Below, piece after piece: positions 11,756 to 21,239 of a stretch of DNA of 32,000 nucleotides. The DNA comes from Mycoplasmoides pneumoniae FH (GTDB lineage Bacteria; Bacillota_I; Bacilli_A; Mycoplasmatales; Mycoplasmoidaceae): assembly GCF_001272835.1 (NCBI RefSeq), contig NZ_CP010546.1, forward strand, positions 302,809-334,808, written 5' to 3'. Position 1 is the first letter of the stretch; every line of letters begins with the position of its first letter. The notes under the pieces are model-generated. The model ran no database searches and had not been told where the DNA came from. It saw nothing but the letters and a program-made list of their open reading frames with translations. Made by a program: the position numbers and the translations under genes.

Positions 11756-12601
11756 ATGATTGACTTGCTCGGGTTAGATCTTGATGGCACTTTGTTGTCT
11801 AGAACAAGGCAAATTAACGATCCTACTAAACAAGCTTTGGCTAATTTAATCCAAAAGAAGCCTAGCTTAAAGGTAATGATTCTAACCGGTAGATCATTAT
11901 TCTCCACCTTGAAGTACGTTCAAGAGCTCAACGAGCTGTGCAAAAAACCGCTAGTGGAGTACTTTTGCTGTTATGGTGGGGCTAAGTTGTACCAACTCAA
12001 TAACAACCAACCCCAAGAACAGTACAAGTTTTTAATTGACAGCCGGCAAGTTAAAACAGTGTTTGAAATTGTGGAACAACACAAGGGTTTGTTTTTGGCA
12101 TACCTCGATAAACCAAAGGCACCCTACATTATTTTGGGGGCAAACCAGTTTTATGCTTGACTGATTAAACAGTTTTGGTACAAACAGCGTTGTGAGTACT
12201 TTAAAAATGATCATTTAACCGATGGCATCTTAAAGATTAATGTGTACTTCGCGTGTCCTTTAAGGTTGAAGAAGGTGTACCAGATCATTAAGCGTCAGTT
12301 TCAAGACACGCTTAACGTTGTGAGTTTTTCCAAGCACTTAATTGAAATTACCCACAAGGATGGAAATAAGGGCTATGCAATTGAAGCAATTGCCAAAAAA
12401 CAAGGACTTTCGTTAAAACGGATGGCGGTGATTGGTGATTCCTTAAATGACCGTTCGATGTTTGAAAAGGTACAGTATTCGTTTGCAATGTCGAAATCAC
12501 CCGATGAACTCAAACTGTTAGCCACTGAAATTGGCACTAAAACAAACCGCTTTCGTTTCAGTAGTTTAGTTGATTTAATTACCGAAAAAATTATTAACTA
12601 A
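11756..12601 (+). CDS. HAD-superfamily hydrolase, Cof/YidA-like
   Basis: LLGLDLDGTLLSRTRQINDPT, ILTGRSLFSTLKY, ...KQGLSLKRMAVIGDSLNDRSMFE; two fragments joined by TGA at 12158. Confidence 0.9.
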
Positions 12602-12608
12602 AACTTTT

Positions 12609-13649
12609 TTACTTGATGTTTTGGCTTCCTAGTCCAAAGCCATCATAGAAAAGTGCTAGTGTTGTTCTGGCCGTTGCTTGGGCTTGATTTTTACCCGCCT
12701 GGAGGCAGTTAAAGACCTGTTCACGACTAATCTGTTCCCGTTTTCTCTGAATGTTAACTAGCAGATTAACGGTTGCTTCTGTAAGTGCGTTTTTGAGATC
12801 TAAATAAGATTTAGTACTAAAGTAAGCTTCTAGATCATTCCCTAACTGATTGGTTAAGGATTGATTGACAGGCTCTTTTAAAAGTGCCTTGAGAATTGTG
12901 AGCATATTGGTCACCCCTGGCTGCGTTTTGGAAGCAAAACGGATTTTGTTAAAGCTGTCAGTGGTAGCTTGACGAATTTTTTTAACCACTACTTCTTTTG
13001 GGTCATCCAAGTAAATTACTCCGTTTTGGTTCTTTGAGGACTTACTCATCTTTTTGGTTGGGTCAAATAAGTCCATAATACGGTTGGTATCTTTGTTTTG
13101 GACAAACTGGGGTAGACGCAGCTTGAGCTTAAACTTCTTTTGAATTCGCTGCGCTAAATCACGAGTAAGCTCTAGGTGTTGTTTTTGGTCATTACCAACG
13201 GGCACAATGTCAGGTTGGTACAGCAAGATATCTCCCGCCATTAGGGCTGGATAAGTTAACAGTCCGGTGGGAATGTTTAAGGTGCCGTTTGGGTTACGGG
13301 TTTGTTCCGCTTTTTTGGCCTTGAACTGCGTCATCCGTTGCAGTTCACCGAGATTGCTTTGCACCATCATTAAATAACCCATCATACTGTGCTCCAAAAG
13401 ATCGCTTTGTAAAAAGAGACAAGCTTTTTGTGGATCTAGACCAACCGCTAATAAAGTACGTACCAAATCAAAGTTATTTTGTTTCAGTGCTTGGGGTTGA
13501 AAATCAACGGTAATTGAGTGTAAATCAGCGACAAATACAAACAGTTGGCATTGCTCTTGGAGTTCAATTAACGACTGCATTACCCCCAAATAGTTGCCTA
13601 AATGCTGTTTGCCCGATGCTTGAATCCCGGTAAGAGCGCGTTTCATCAT
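12609..13649 (-). CDS. trpS: Tryptophanyl-tRNA synthetase
   Basis: ALTGIQASGKQHLGNYLGV...; KKMSKSSKNQNGVIYL (KMSKS); GDILLYQPDIVPVGNDQKQHLELTRDLAQR. Confidence 0.96.
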   Translation of the reverse strand: MMKRALTGIQASGKQHLGNYLGVMQSLIELQEQCQLFVFVADLHSITVDFQPQALKQNNFDLVRTLLAVGLDPQKACLFLQSDLLEHSMMGYLMMVQSNLGELQRMTQFKAKKAEQTRNPNGTLNIPTGLLTYPALMAGDILLYQPDIVPVGNDQKQHLELTRDLAQRIQKKFKLKLRLPQFVQNKDTNRIMDLFDPTKKMSKSSKNQNGVIYLDDPKEVVVKKIRQATTDSFNKIRFASKTQPGVTNMLTILKALLKEPVNQSLTNQLGNDLEAYFSTKSYLDLKNALTEATVNLLVNIQRKREQISREQVFNCLQAGKNQAQATARTTLALFYDGFGLGSQNIK

Positions 13650-13705
13650 ATGATTGCAATTTGTAGAATCTATTACAGATAGACAAACGTTATTTTAAAA
13701 GAAAA

Positions 13706-14143
13706 ATGCTTAAGAAAAAAGTTAATAATGATGCTGGTAAGACGTTTATCTTAATTTCATCATCTTGCTCGTCTTGCCAAAAGGCAATCGAATACTTTAA
13801 GGAAAATAATTTGAGTTATACGATCGAAAACTTTTACAAAAAACCGATAAGTGACAAGCGCTTTCGTGACATTTTAAGTTTGAGTGAAGATGGCACCGAA
13901 AGTCTGTTTTCCAAGCGTGCTGACCAAATTCGTAGTAACACTAATCAATCAGTGGAAGATTTGACCATTCCTGAATTGATTAAGTTAATTCGCGAACGTC
14001 CTTCAATTTTGCGTCGACCAATTATTATCCAGTACAACTCTTCGGGGATTCCCAAGCGGATGCGCATTGGTTATAACGCCGCTGAAATTAAGGTATTTGA
14101 ACGCAGCTTAATGGAACCTAAAGTGCGTACAGTAAAGAAGTAA
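13706..14143 (+). CDS. spx: Spx/ArsC-like transcriptional regulator family protein
   Basis: [19 protein letters not shown] motif near the N-terminus; ...[12 protein letters not shown] (cis-Pro RPI motif). Confidence 0.82.
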
Positions 14144-14922
14144 TGAAGTACAAGATTTTTGCATCAACAACACCACAAACCGAGCCAGTTTTGCAAAAGT
14201 TAAAGCAGGTGTTGAAAGGTTGTGAGGCAGTTGAAAAGGGCTTTGATTATCTCTTTGTATTAGGTGGTGATGGTTTCTTTGTTTCTACTGTGGCCAACTA
14301 TAACTGCCACAATTGTAGGGTAGTAGGGATTAACACTGGTCATCTAGGTTTTTACACATCGTTTAATGAAAAGGATTTGGATGATAATTTCCTCCAAAAG
14401 CTCCAGCAATGTCACTTTCAACGGATTAGTTTGTTGGAAGTTAGTGTCAATGGCCAGCAGCACTTGGTTTTGAATGAACTGGCAGTTTACACCAACACAG
14501 CTTACCCAATTAACATCTTTATTGATGGTGAAGCGTGGGAGTTTTACCGCGGTTCAGGTTTATTAATCGGTCCGCGTACTGGTTCGACTGCACTGGCTAA
14601 ATCTGCTAAAGGGGCGGTGATTTTCCCTGGCATTGATGTGCTGCAAATTATTGAAATGAATCCACTTTTGCACCCCAATCAAGTTACTATCCAATCACCA
14701 ATTATTTTGCCCAAAGAAACGCAAGTGGAATTTGTGGTCAAAAAAGCCTTTAACCCACAACAGTTTCCCACCTTTTACTGTGACGGGAGAAAGTTGGAAT
14801 TGCCAAACGCTGACACAACTTTAGCGCTTAAACTAGTGCAATCCACACCGATGTTTAACATTTCACTCAAAACACAGGACTTTATCAATAAACTTAAGTC
14901 CACTTTTATTAAACAAAGCTAA
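14143..14922 (+). CDS. nadK: NAD kinase
   Basis: YLFVLGGDGFFVSTV (GGDG), GINTGHLGFYT, RTGSTALAKSAKGAVIFPG; start overlaps the previous stop (TAATG). Confidence 0.93.
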   Translation: MKYKIFASTTPQTEPVLQKLKQVLKGCEAVEKGFDYLFVLGGDGFFVSTVANYNCHNCRVVGINTGHLGFYTSFNEKDLDDNFLQKLQQCHFQRISLLEVSVNGQQHLVLNELAVYTNTAYPINIFIDGEAWEFYRGSGLLIGPRTGSTALAKSAKGAVIFPGIDVLQIIEMNPLLHPNQVTIQSPIILPKETQVEFVVKKAFNPQQFPTFYCDGRKLELPNADTTLALKLVQSTPMFNISLKTQDFINKLKSTFIKQS

Positions 14923-15275
14923 TGAAAGTATTGTTGTGAATTGGTTATGTGTTGAGCTTTGGCTTACTTTACCTTTATTTGGTAAAACGTGCTAAGAGGG
15001 CCGCGCTACAATTAAACAACAAACTAGTCGAATCACACACAATTCCTTTTGCTGTACGTGACTTTATTGCCGCTTGCGGGGGTAGAACTAACTTTGTTAG
15101 TTTACGCACCTCACCCACCCAATTAATTGTTAGTTTTGCCAAGCCAGAGTTAGTTCAAATTGCCGCTTTGCAAAAGCTTGGAATTAAAGGGATTAATAAG
15201 AGTCAGAACCAGTACCGCTTTGTATTGGGCAATTTTGTCAATCAATTAAAACAGCAAATTGAAAATGAGCGCTAA
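14922..15275 (+). CDS. Membrane-anchored PTS EIIB-domain-like protein, apparently without the active-site Cys
   Basis: ATG at 14922: MKVLLWIGYVLSFGLLYLYLV (TM); FIAACGGRTNFVSLRTSPTQLIVSFAKPELVQIAALQKLGIKGINKSQNQYRFVLG resembles the EIIB pattern GG..NI......C.TRLR....D...V....L..LG..GV.........G. Confidence 0.7.
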
Positions 15276-16746
15276 GTTAACGTTAGAAAGCATTGCAAAA
15301 ACATTTGCCGAAACATCGATCTTTGCGATCTTGTTTTTAATTATTGTCATCCTCAATTTAGGTTTACTTGTTTTTTTAGCGTATCAGTACCGTGTTTACA
15401 AAAAGAAGCAAAGAGCAAACCTCACCAAGCAGACTTATAACAATGACTATGGCCAAATTGTTAATTTAAAACAGCAAAACGCTGCCAAGATAAAGGAGCT
15501 TGCTAACTTAAAAGATCAGTTAAGTGAATTAGGCCAAAAATTTAACACCACACTGAGTGAAATCATTAACAAACCACTTGTCAATGTGATTGATGAATAC
15601 TTGGATGAACAGTTTAAACAAGCTGCTAATTTTCGTGAAGCAGAACTTAATGCCGTTTTAGATAGTAATGACCAGAAAACAGTGTTCCATAAGCGTTTGT
15701 TCAATAAATTTCACTTTGGTGTCGACAAGCTAGCTAATATTAATGTCAAAAATCCGCTCAATTTATGCTGGGTTGACAGCGCTAGTTTTACCGTGATTGA
15801 AAGTGATTTCCGCAAACTTAATGGTGTTGGCGGGATTAATAAAAAGTTGTTAATTGAAAAGTTAAGGATTGAAGATATTATCTTTACCAATATCGATAAG
15901 AAGTACTATGAGGTACAGATACTATCTGACTCGCCAGTAAAGGTACAAAAAACAGTGTTAACTATTCGCAACATCTTGATTAATGATTACGTGGACAATG
16001 AAAAAATTGAGTCATATGCTAGGGAAGCTAACGGTTACTTCAATGACCACTGTAAACTGATTGGTAAGCAGGTGTTAGAACGACTCAATATCTTTGAAAT
16101 TAGCCCTAAACTACACAAGTTTTTTGGTTTATTAGCGTTTCGTTATTCTTTCGGTCAAAACGTTTTATCACACTGTCTGGAAACTGGTTTTCTCACCGCT
16201 TACCTAGCGCTTTTAGTTAACTTTAAACCTGATGTTGCATTAAAGTGCGGTTTGTATCATGATATTGGTAAAGCGGATGATGAAAACGGGAAGAAGAACC
16301 ACACGGTTACAGGTGCCAAGATCGGTGATGAATTTTACTTTGAAAACGATGTCAAATACACAATTGCCAACCACCATAATAAAAATGTCGATAACGTATA
16401 CTGTCGTTTAACTCAAATTGGCGATAAGCTTTCAGCAGGGCGTTTGGGTGCGCGCTCTGACAGTTCGGTTTTATTTAACCAACTCAAACAAGAATTAAAG
16501 CAAATTGTGGAAGAAACACTAGCACAATTTAAAACAACCATCCTTTTAGGACAAAGTGGACGCCGATTAGTAATTTGATTGGAAACCAACCAGCACAATA
16601 ACATTATTGACAACCAACAGTTAACTGATTTGGCTACTACCATTAAAAGCAAAATCGTGCAAAACAACATTACTAATCGCTTTCCAATTAAGGTAGTATT
16701 ACGCTATAACTTCGAACACAGCTTTGATACAAAGGACAAGAACTAG
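15265..16746 (+). CDS. HD-domain phosphohydrolase, divergent RNase Y-like protein (N-terminal TM + coiled coil + HD)
   Basis: N-terminal TM; YSFGQNVLSHCLETGFLTAYLALLVNF...GLYHDIGKADDENGKKNHTVTGAKIG...ANHHN; joined through TGA at 16576-16578; stop TAG 16744-16746. Confidence 0.82.
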
Positions 16747-16748
16747 TT

Positions 16749-17036
16749 ATGCAATACACCGTTTTAATTCCACTGTTTATTTTTATAGGAGCCATGGTGT
16801 TGTTTGGTTTTAGCTTTCAGAAAAAGCAACCACAACGCCGCATCGTTCAAATTCTGTTCTTAGCTTACTGTGTGGATTTTTTAGCACTAATTATTGCAGT
16901 GATGATGCTCACATTCTTAAGTTATGATGACTTAATGCTGGGCGTTTTAATTCCAGTATTAATCCTTTCAATCATTATGTTCTTTGTGATGATTATTGCC
17001 CACTATCCACTAATGAAACGCTTGTTTGGACATTAG
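16749..17036 (+). CDS. Small membrane protein (95 aa), function unknown
   Basis: Three hydrophobic segments; starts immediately after the upstream stop. Confidence 0.75.
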   Translation: MQYTVLIPLFIFIGAMVLFGFSFQKKQPQRRIVQILFLAYCVDFLALIIAVMMLTFLSYDDLMLGVLIPVLILSIIMFFVMIIAHYPLMKRLFGH

Positions 17037-17297
17037 ACAAAACGTGTCTCATTCAAGTTGTGCACAAACTTAGGTGTTTTAAGTAGATAGTCGAAGCGTT
17101 AAAAAAGTATTTTGGGTCTTCTACTTTTTCCCTAAGTAGATGTTTTTTATTGATGTAAATAAAAGGCCAAATTTAACTCTTATGAGTTAAAAAGTTCATT
17201 TTTTAAATAACATTAAACCGGAAATTTCAATTAGTTTCCTCTTCTTCAAAAGGATTTTCCAAAAAAAGCAAAATAATGCAATTATTTTTTACTGTTA

Positions 17298-18052
17298 ATG
17301 CGTAAAAAGAAGTTTTTGTCAAGGTTTTCTTTTAGTTCTCTATTTTTATTATGTGGAACATTGTTAAGTGCTTGCACTGGTATCCAAGCTGATCTTAGAA
17401 ATCTTATTAAAGAAACCACTGGTAAAGACATTGATTTGTCTAAAGCAATTAAAACTAAAGAAGGCAAAAAGAACATAATAGCTTCTTTAAAAAATCTTAC
17501 GAAGTTAATCCGAAAGATACAACAAAATTGTTGTTAGACGCCTGAAAACAGAGTTTTGAAGAGGGTAAATTAGGTATTGCGGATTTTGATTTTGACCATG
17601 TAGCTTATCCTCAAACAAATGATCCTTTCACGATGGAGCGAAAGGTTGATCATTTTCAAATGACATACCAAAGTTTTAAGGATTTGTTAGTTGAGGCTAG
17701 GCTGAGCTATACCTTTAATTGATTTGGGGATTATTCTTCAGGTGATTTCACTGCTAAGAGAGGTGACAAGCATTATTTTTATCTTTTCCTTAAAATTAAA
17801 TCTGATCCAAAAAAACAATTTTCAGCAAAAAAATTTCTTACTGAAGGAGAAGCGTTTACTGATCAAGAAGGAAAACAAACTACAAGAAATTTAGAGTGAA
17901 TTGAGTTTAGCGCTTCGATTAGCTGATGAACAAAAGGCAAAGATGATGTTAGTCAAAAAAGTTTGAAGAAATTTTTAGAAAGCTTTGCTACTAACACAGG
18001 CTACTCATCAGATATTAATCTCTTTAGTTATTTGGAATATTTAATTAAGTAA
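17298..18052 (+). pseudogene. Mycoplasma paralogous-family lipoprotein, frame interrupted in an A6 run at 17489-17494
   Basis: Signal peptide and lipobox FLLCGTLLSAC. Adding one A gives [49 protein letters not shown]..., open in frame 2 to TAA 18050-18052. Confidence 0.85.
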
Positions 18053-18148
18053 TTTGTTGTGATTTTTTAGTTTTACTTGGAAAAAATTTAGCCACCTGCT
18101 TTTCAACTTGAACAAATGGTTTTTTATTTGTACCGCATGAATAAAAAA

Positions 18149-18180
18149 CCAGCAACTAACTTTTACAGATTAATTGCTGG
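18149..18180 (-). terminator. Rho-independent-type terminator, minus strand
   Basis: Minus strand CCAGCAATTAA-tctgtaaaag-TTAGTTGCTGG followed by TTTTTT; 11-bp stem with one G.T wobble, located just past the UPF0134-like pseudogene stop at 18203. Confidence 0.75.
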
Positions 18181-18202
18181 TATTCTTTATTTTGAATAAT
18201 AT

Positions 18203-18836
18203 CTACTTAGAATCTAGTTTATCTAGGCGAACATCCATTGAATCCAAGCGATTGCTCATCTTTTGCAACATTTGCAAGATTAACTGTAGAGTTTCTCCTT
18301 GAACTTTTTGCTCCGCTTGAAGTTCTTTAATTTGTTCCCCTTGAGTTTGAACAGTTTCGGTTAATTGTTTAATTTGCTCACCCTGAACCTTGATCTGTTC
18401 ACCCTACGTTTTTTGCAGTTCAAACACAACATCAACTTTACCTTCAACGCGCTTCAATCGGCTTTAGTGGCGAAGTCTTTGAGCTTTTCGTCAAGCTATT
18501 GGTGAATTACAAATTCATATGTTTTTGACACCTTTTTACTTCCTGAATTAGGATCATTAGGACCTTTTGGAAATCCTGGTTATTTAGGGTTCTCAGGTTA
18601 TTCTGGTTTTTCTAGAAATTTTGGCAACTTCGGAGACTTTGGAATATCCGGTGTATTCGGATTCTCAGGTTTATCCAGTTGATCTTCTATTATCGTAAAG
18701 TCTTTATCCTTAAAATAGTACTCTTAGGTAGCTTGTGCAAACCATTTCTTTGCTTGGTATAGACAATTTGAAAATTAACTCTTTCCTTTGTCCGGGAAAG
18801 GATATTAAATTCCTTTTAGGAAATAACTTTAGGCAT
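18203..18836 (-). pseudogene. DUF16/UPF0134 family gene, heavily degraded
   Basis: Minus strand C-terminus [66 protein letters not shown]. Upstream are KVDVVFELQKT(TAG), Pro-rich [19 protein letters not shown] and [17 protein letters not shown] at 18836 is preceded by AAAGGAGG. Several TAA/TAG codons and frame changes. Confidence 0.82.
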
Positions 18837-18900
18837 TAATAAATTCCTCCTTTCTGTTCAAGGTTTAGAAAACTAAAACGTGCAACTTTGTTGCCAGCAA

Positions 18901-18922
18901 GGATCAACATCATCGTTGATCT
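18901..18922. repeat. Inverted repeat / hairpin
   Basis: GGATCAAC-atcatc-GTTGATCT: seven Watson-Crick pairs plus one terminal G.T on the + strand. Confidence 0.6.
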
Positions 18923-19049
18923 AATAAATATATTGAGTAAAGGCATAATTTCCCTTCACTAAATAAATTGAACGCCTTATTTTGAAATGACAACAAATTG
19001 ACAAATTTCTTTTTAATTAAAGAAAATTTTGGAAATTAAGAGCTAATGC

Positions 19050-19630
19050 TTAATTTAAAGTCGTTGAATTTAAGCCTTCTTTTTGTTTTTGAACTCAATC
19101 GAATAAATAGTTTTGGTAATAATCCAATTGCTTTTTACGCATTTCAATTTCTTTGGGAATACTTTCGGTAAGATCGTTACATTTTTTTCAAAAGCAAAGA
19201 GGATATCGGCAATCTTTTCTTGAATTTCTAGAGGTGGGAAAGTAAGTTCAATTTCTGCTAATTTACTTATTCCTAATTTAGGAATAGGGCAAGCATAATT
19301 AACAAACTTAGATGTTTGCAATCTGAGTGCATAAGCTAAAAATTTAGGATTAATTTCTTCGTTTTTTACTTTTAAAACGCCACAGTCTTGTCTTGCATTA
19401 AACTGTCCTTTTCTATAGAATACAGCACCAGCATAAGAACCTCCTGTAGTTCAAGTCACGTACTCGCCATCTCGGTCACAATCTTTAATTTTGCCAACTT
19501 CACCATCATTTAAGGTTGAAGCTGAATAAACCGGGTATTAACCGAGATTATCCTTAATATATTTTTTAGTAATTGCACGACCCCTCGAGATCTCGCAAAT
19601 ATCTTTGATTTTGTAAGTTTTGATTTGCAC
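19050..19630 (-). pseudogene. hsdS: Type I restriction-modification specificity subunit (HsdS), half-size (one TRD + one conserved region), inactivated
   Basis: Minus strand VQIKTYKIKDICEISRGRAITKKYIKDNLG*YPVYSASTLNDGEVGKIKDCDRDGEYVTWTTGGSYAGAVFYRKGQFNARQDCGVLKVKNEEINPKFLAYALRL...IPKLGISKLAEIELTFPPLEIQEKIADIL, then a frameshift into NDLTESIPKEIEMRKKQLDYYQNYLFDW. TAA at 19538-19540; shift at T7 run 19182-19188. Confidence 0.87.
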
Positions 19631-19756
19631 AACAGTAACAGTTTAATTTCTTTTAAAAGTCATTTTCAGCGACTGTTTTAGATTTTTCTTTGTCATCATT
19701 ATTGCGCTCTTTCTGCATATTAAGTGCTTGTTGGCAAATTAGAATAATACCCAGTT

Positions 19757-20038
19757 ATGAACCGTCCTACTCCCAATTTTGAAGCAATCGATAAGAAGAT
19801 TAGTGCCTTTGTCACTAACCACGATAACTTATTGGATAAGTTACTCAAACAACAAACCGAATTGTTAACTAGTGAAATTACGACTAATTTTGAGGTAACC
19901 CAACAAATCCAGGAAGAAGTAGCCAAAAAGACGAAGCAACACTCTAAAAACTACAAGTGACTAGCCACTGTTGTTTTAGCGAACGGTGTTGTAAGTCTCT
20001 TTCTTTTAGGTGGGTTAATCTACCTCTTTAGTAAGTAG
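19757..20038 (+). CDS. Small predicted coiled-coil protein with C-terminal membrane segment (93 aa)
   Basis: MNRPTPNFEAIDKKISAFVTNHDNLLDKLLKQQTELL...[29 protein letters not shown], joined through TGA at 19958-19960. Confidence 0.7.
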
Positions 20039-20449
20039 TTCCCAATTAGCTTCAATTGAGCGGTTGTTCGTCTTTTTAACGTTGTAACAAAAGCCTAAAC
20101 CAGTTTCGTATTTTGGTACTACATGCATGTGGTAGTGAAATACTTCCTGCCCTGCCTTAGCCCCTTCATTGACAACATAGTTTAATCCAGCTGGTTGGAG
20201 CCGTTGTTGTAGCTTTAAAGCCATTTCTTTGGCGAGTAAACTAACCGCCTTCAAACTCTCATCATCAGTCGAGGAATAGTTAACGGCGTGTTTTTTGGGA
20301 ATTACAAGCGTATGACCATCAGCAACTGGAAAGGCATCTAAAAAGGCAACAGCGTGTTCGTTTTCACCAACCTTAAAGGATTTCACATTCCCCTCTACAA
20401 TTCCACAGAAGATACAGTTATTGTTTGCCATACTTTGTTTTTGCACCAT
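20015..20449 (-). CDS. hinT: Histidine triad (HIT) family protein
   Basis: CIFCGIVEG...; HTLVIPKKH; [15 protein letters not shown] (H-x-H-x-H motif). Confidence 0.93.
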
Positions 20450-21218
20450 AATAACGGTTATTTATAACAAAAAGCCCCCACAGGATTAAAAACATTGATG
20501 CAAAAATAGGGATTGATCAAAACCAAACATAGCTGTTATATTTGGTTTGGGAGAAGAAACCATAGACCGAGTACGAATCATGCCCGTTGTCCCATATCTT
20601 TAGAAAAGGTACTGTTTGTAAATAAAAGGCATAAAGGCTTGGGTACACCCCTGCCTTGAGTAAAAACTTACCCAATTCATGTAGCGGCTCGCGCATTTTG
20701 TAAGTTTTAAAGAAGATTCAGATAAAGCCAAAGAAGCTAGCGGGGTAAATCACGTGGAGAAACAGCTGCGCAAATGAAATTCAATCAGTTAAAGGATTAC
20801 CACTAAAACTGTATGGCATTTCACTCGTAATAGTCGAAAACCAACCCTTAACGTGTTCTTCTACATTAACAAATCCAGTAACACGTGACAGTACATACAG
20901 GTTAAAAAAGATGACGGTAAAGACCAAGTAACCTGCAGCACTTAAAAACAACGCATTATTGTCAAACAGCTTACAGCGTCGTTTACAGAGGTACATTAAG
21001 ACACAAACAGCGGCAATTGTGTTGCTCTGGTAGGTAAAGGTATCAAAGTTAGTAAACCAGATTAATTGTGGTTGGTTGTTATAAACCACACTGATAACAG
21101 CACTAGCTACCATTACCCCAAGGTTAAACAGGGAAAACGGCGCGAGAAAAAGTAAATAAAAGTCGCAATTATTGTTAAGATAGAAAAAACGGTAAGCGAG
21201 TCCTATTGTTTTTTTCAT
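20418..21218 (-). CDS. Polytopic membrane protein, function unknown (266 aa)
   Basis: ORF 20781..21218 continues through TGA codons ([38 protein letters not shown]...[37 protein letters not shown]) to TAA at 20418-20420, overlapping the hinT start. Confidence 0.8.
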
Positions 21219-21239
21219 CGCAAGTTAGTTAACTAATAC

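Noticed and set aside
17034-17048. Short inverted repeat AGACA-aaacg-TGTCT after the small membrane protein gene
   Set aside because: Only 5 bp with no T-tract; too weak to call a terminator.
17282-17476. Minus-strand ORF, 64 aa opposite the lipoprotein signal peptide
   Set aside because: Antisense to a clear lipobox-containing N-terminus; no independent support.
18540-18690. Plus-strand Gly-rich, collagen-like reading ([34 protein letters not shown])
   Set aside because: It is the reverse-strand image of the Pro-rich tract in the UPF0134-like relic; no start codon or signal and a short open stretch.
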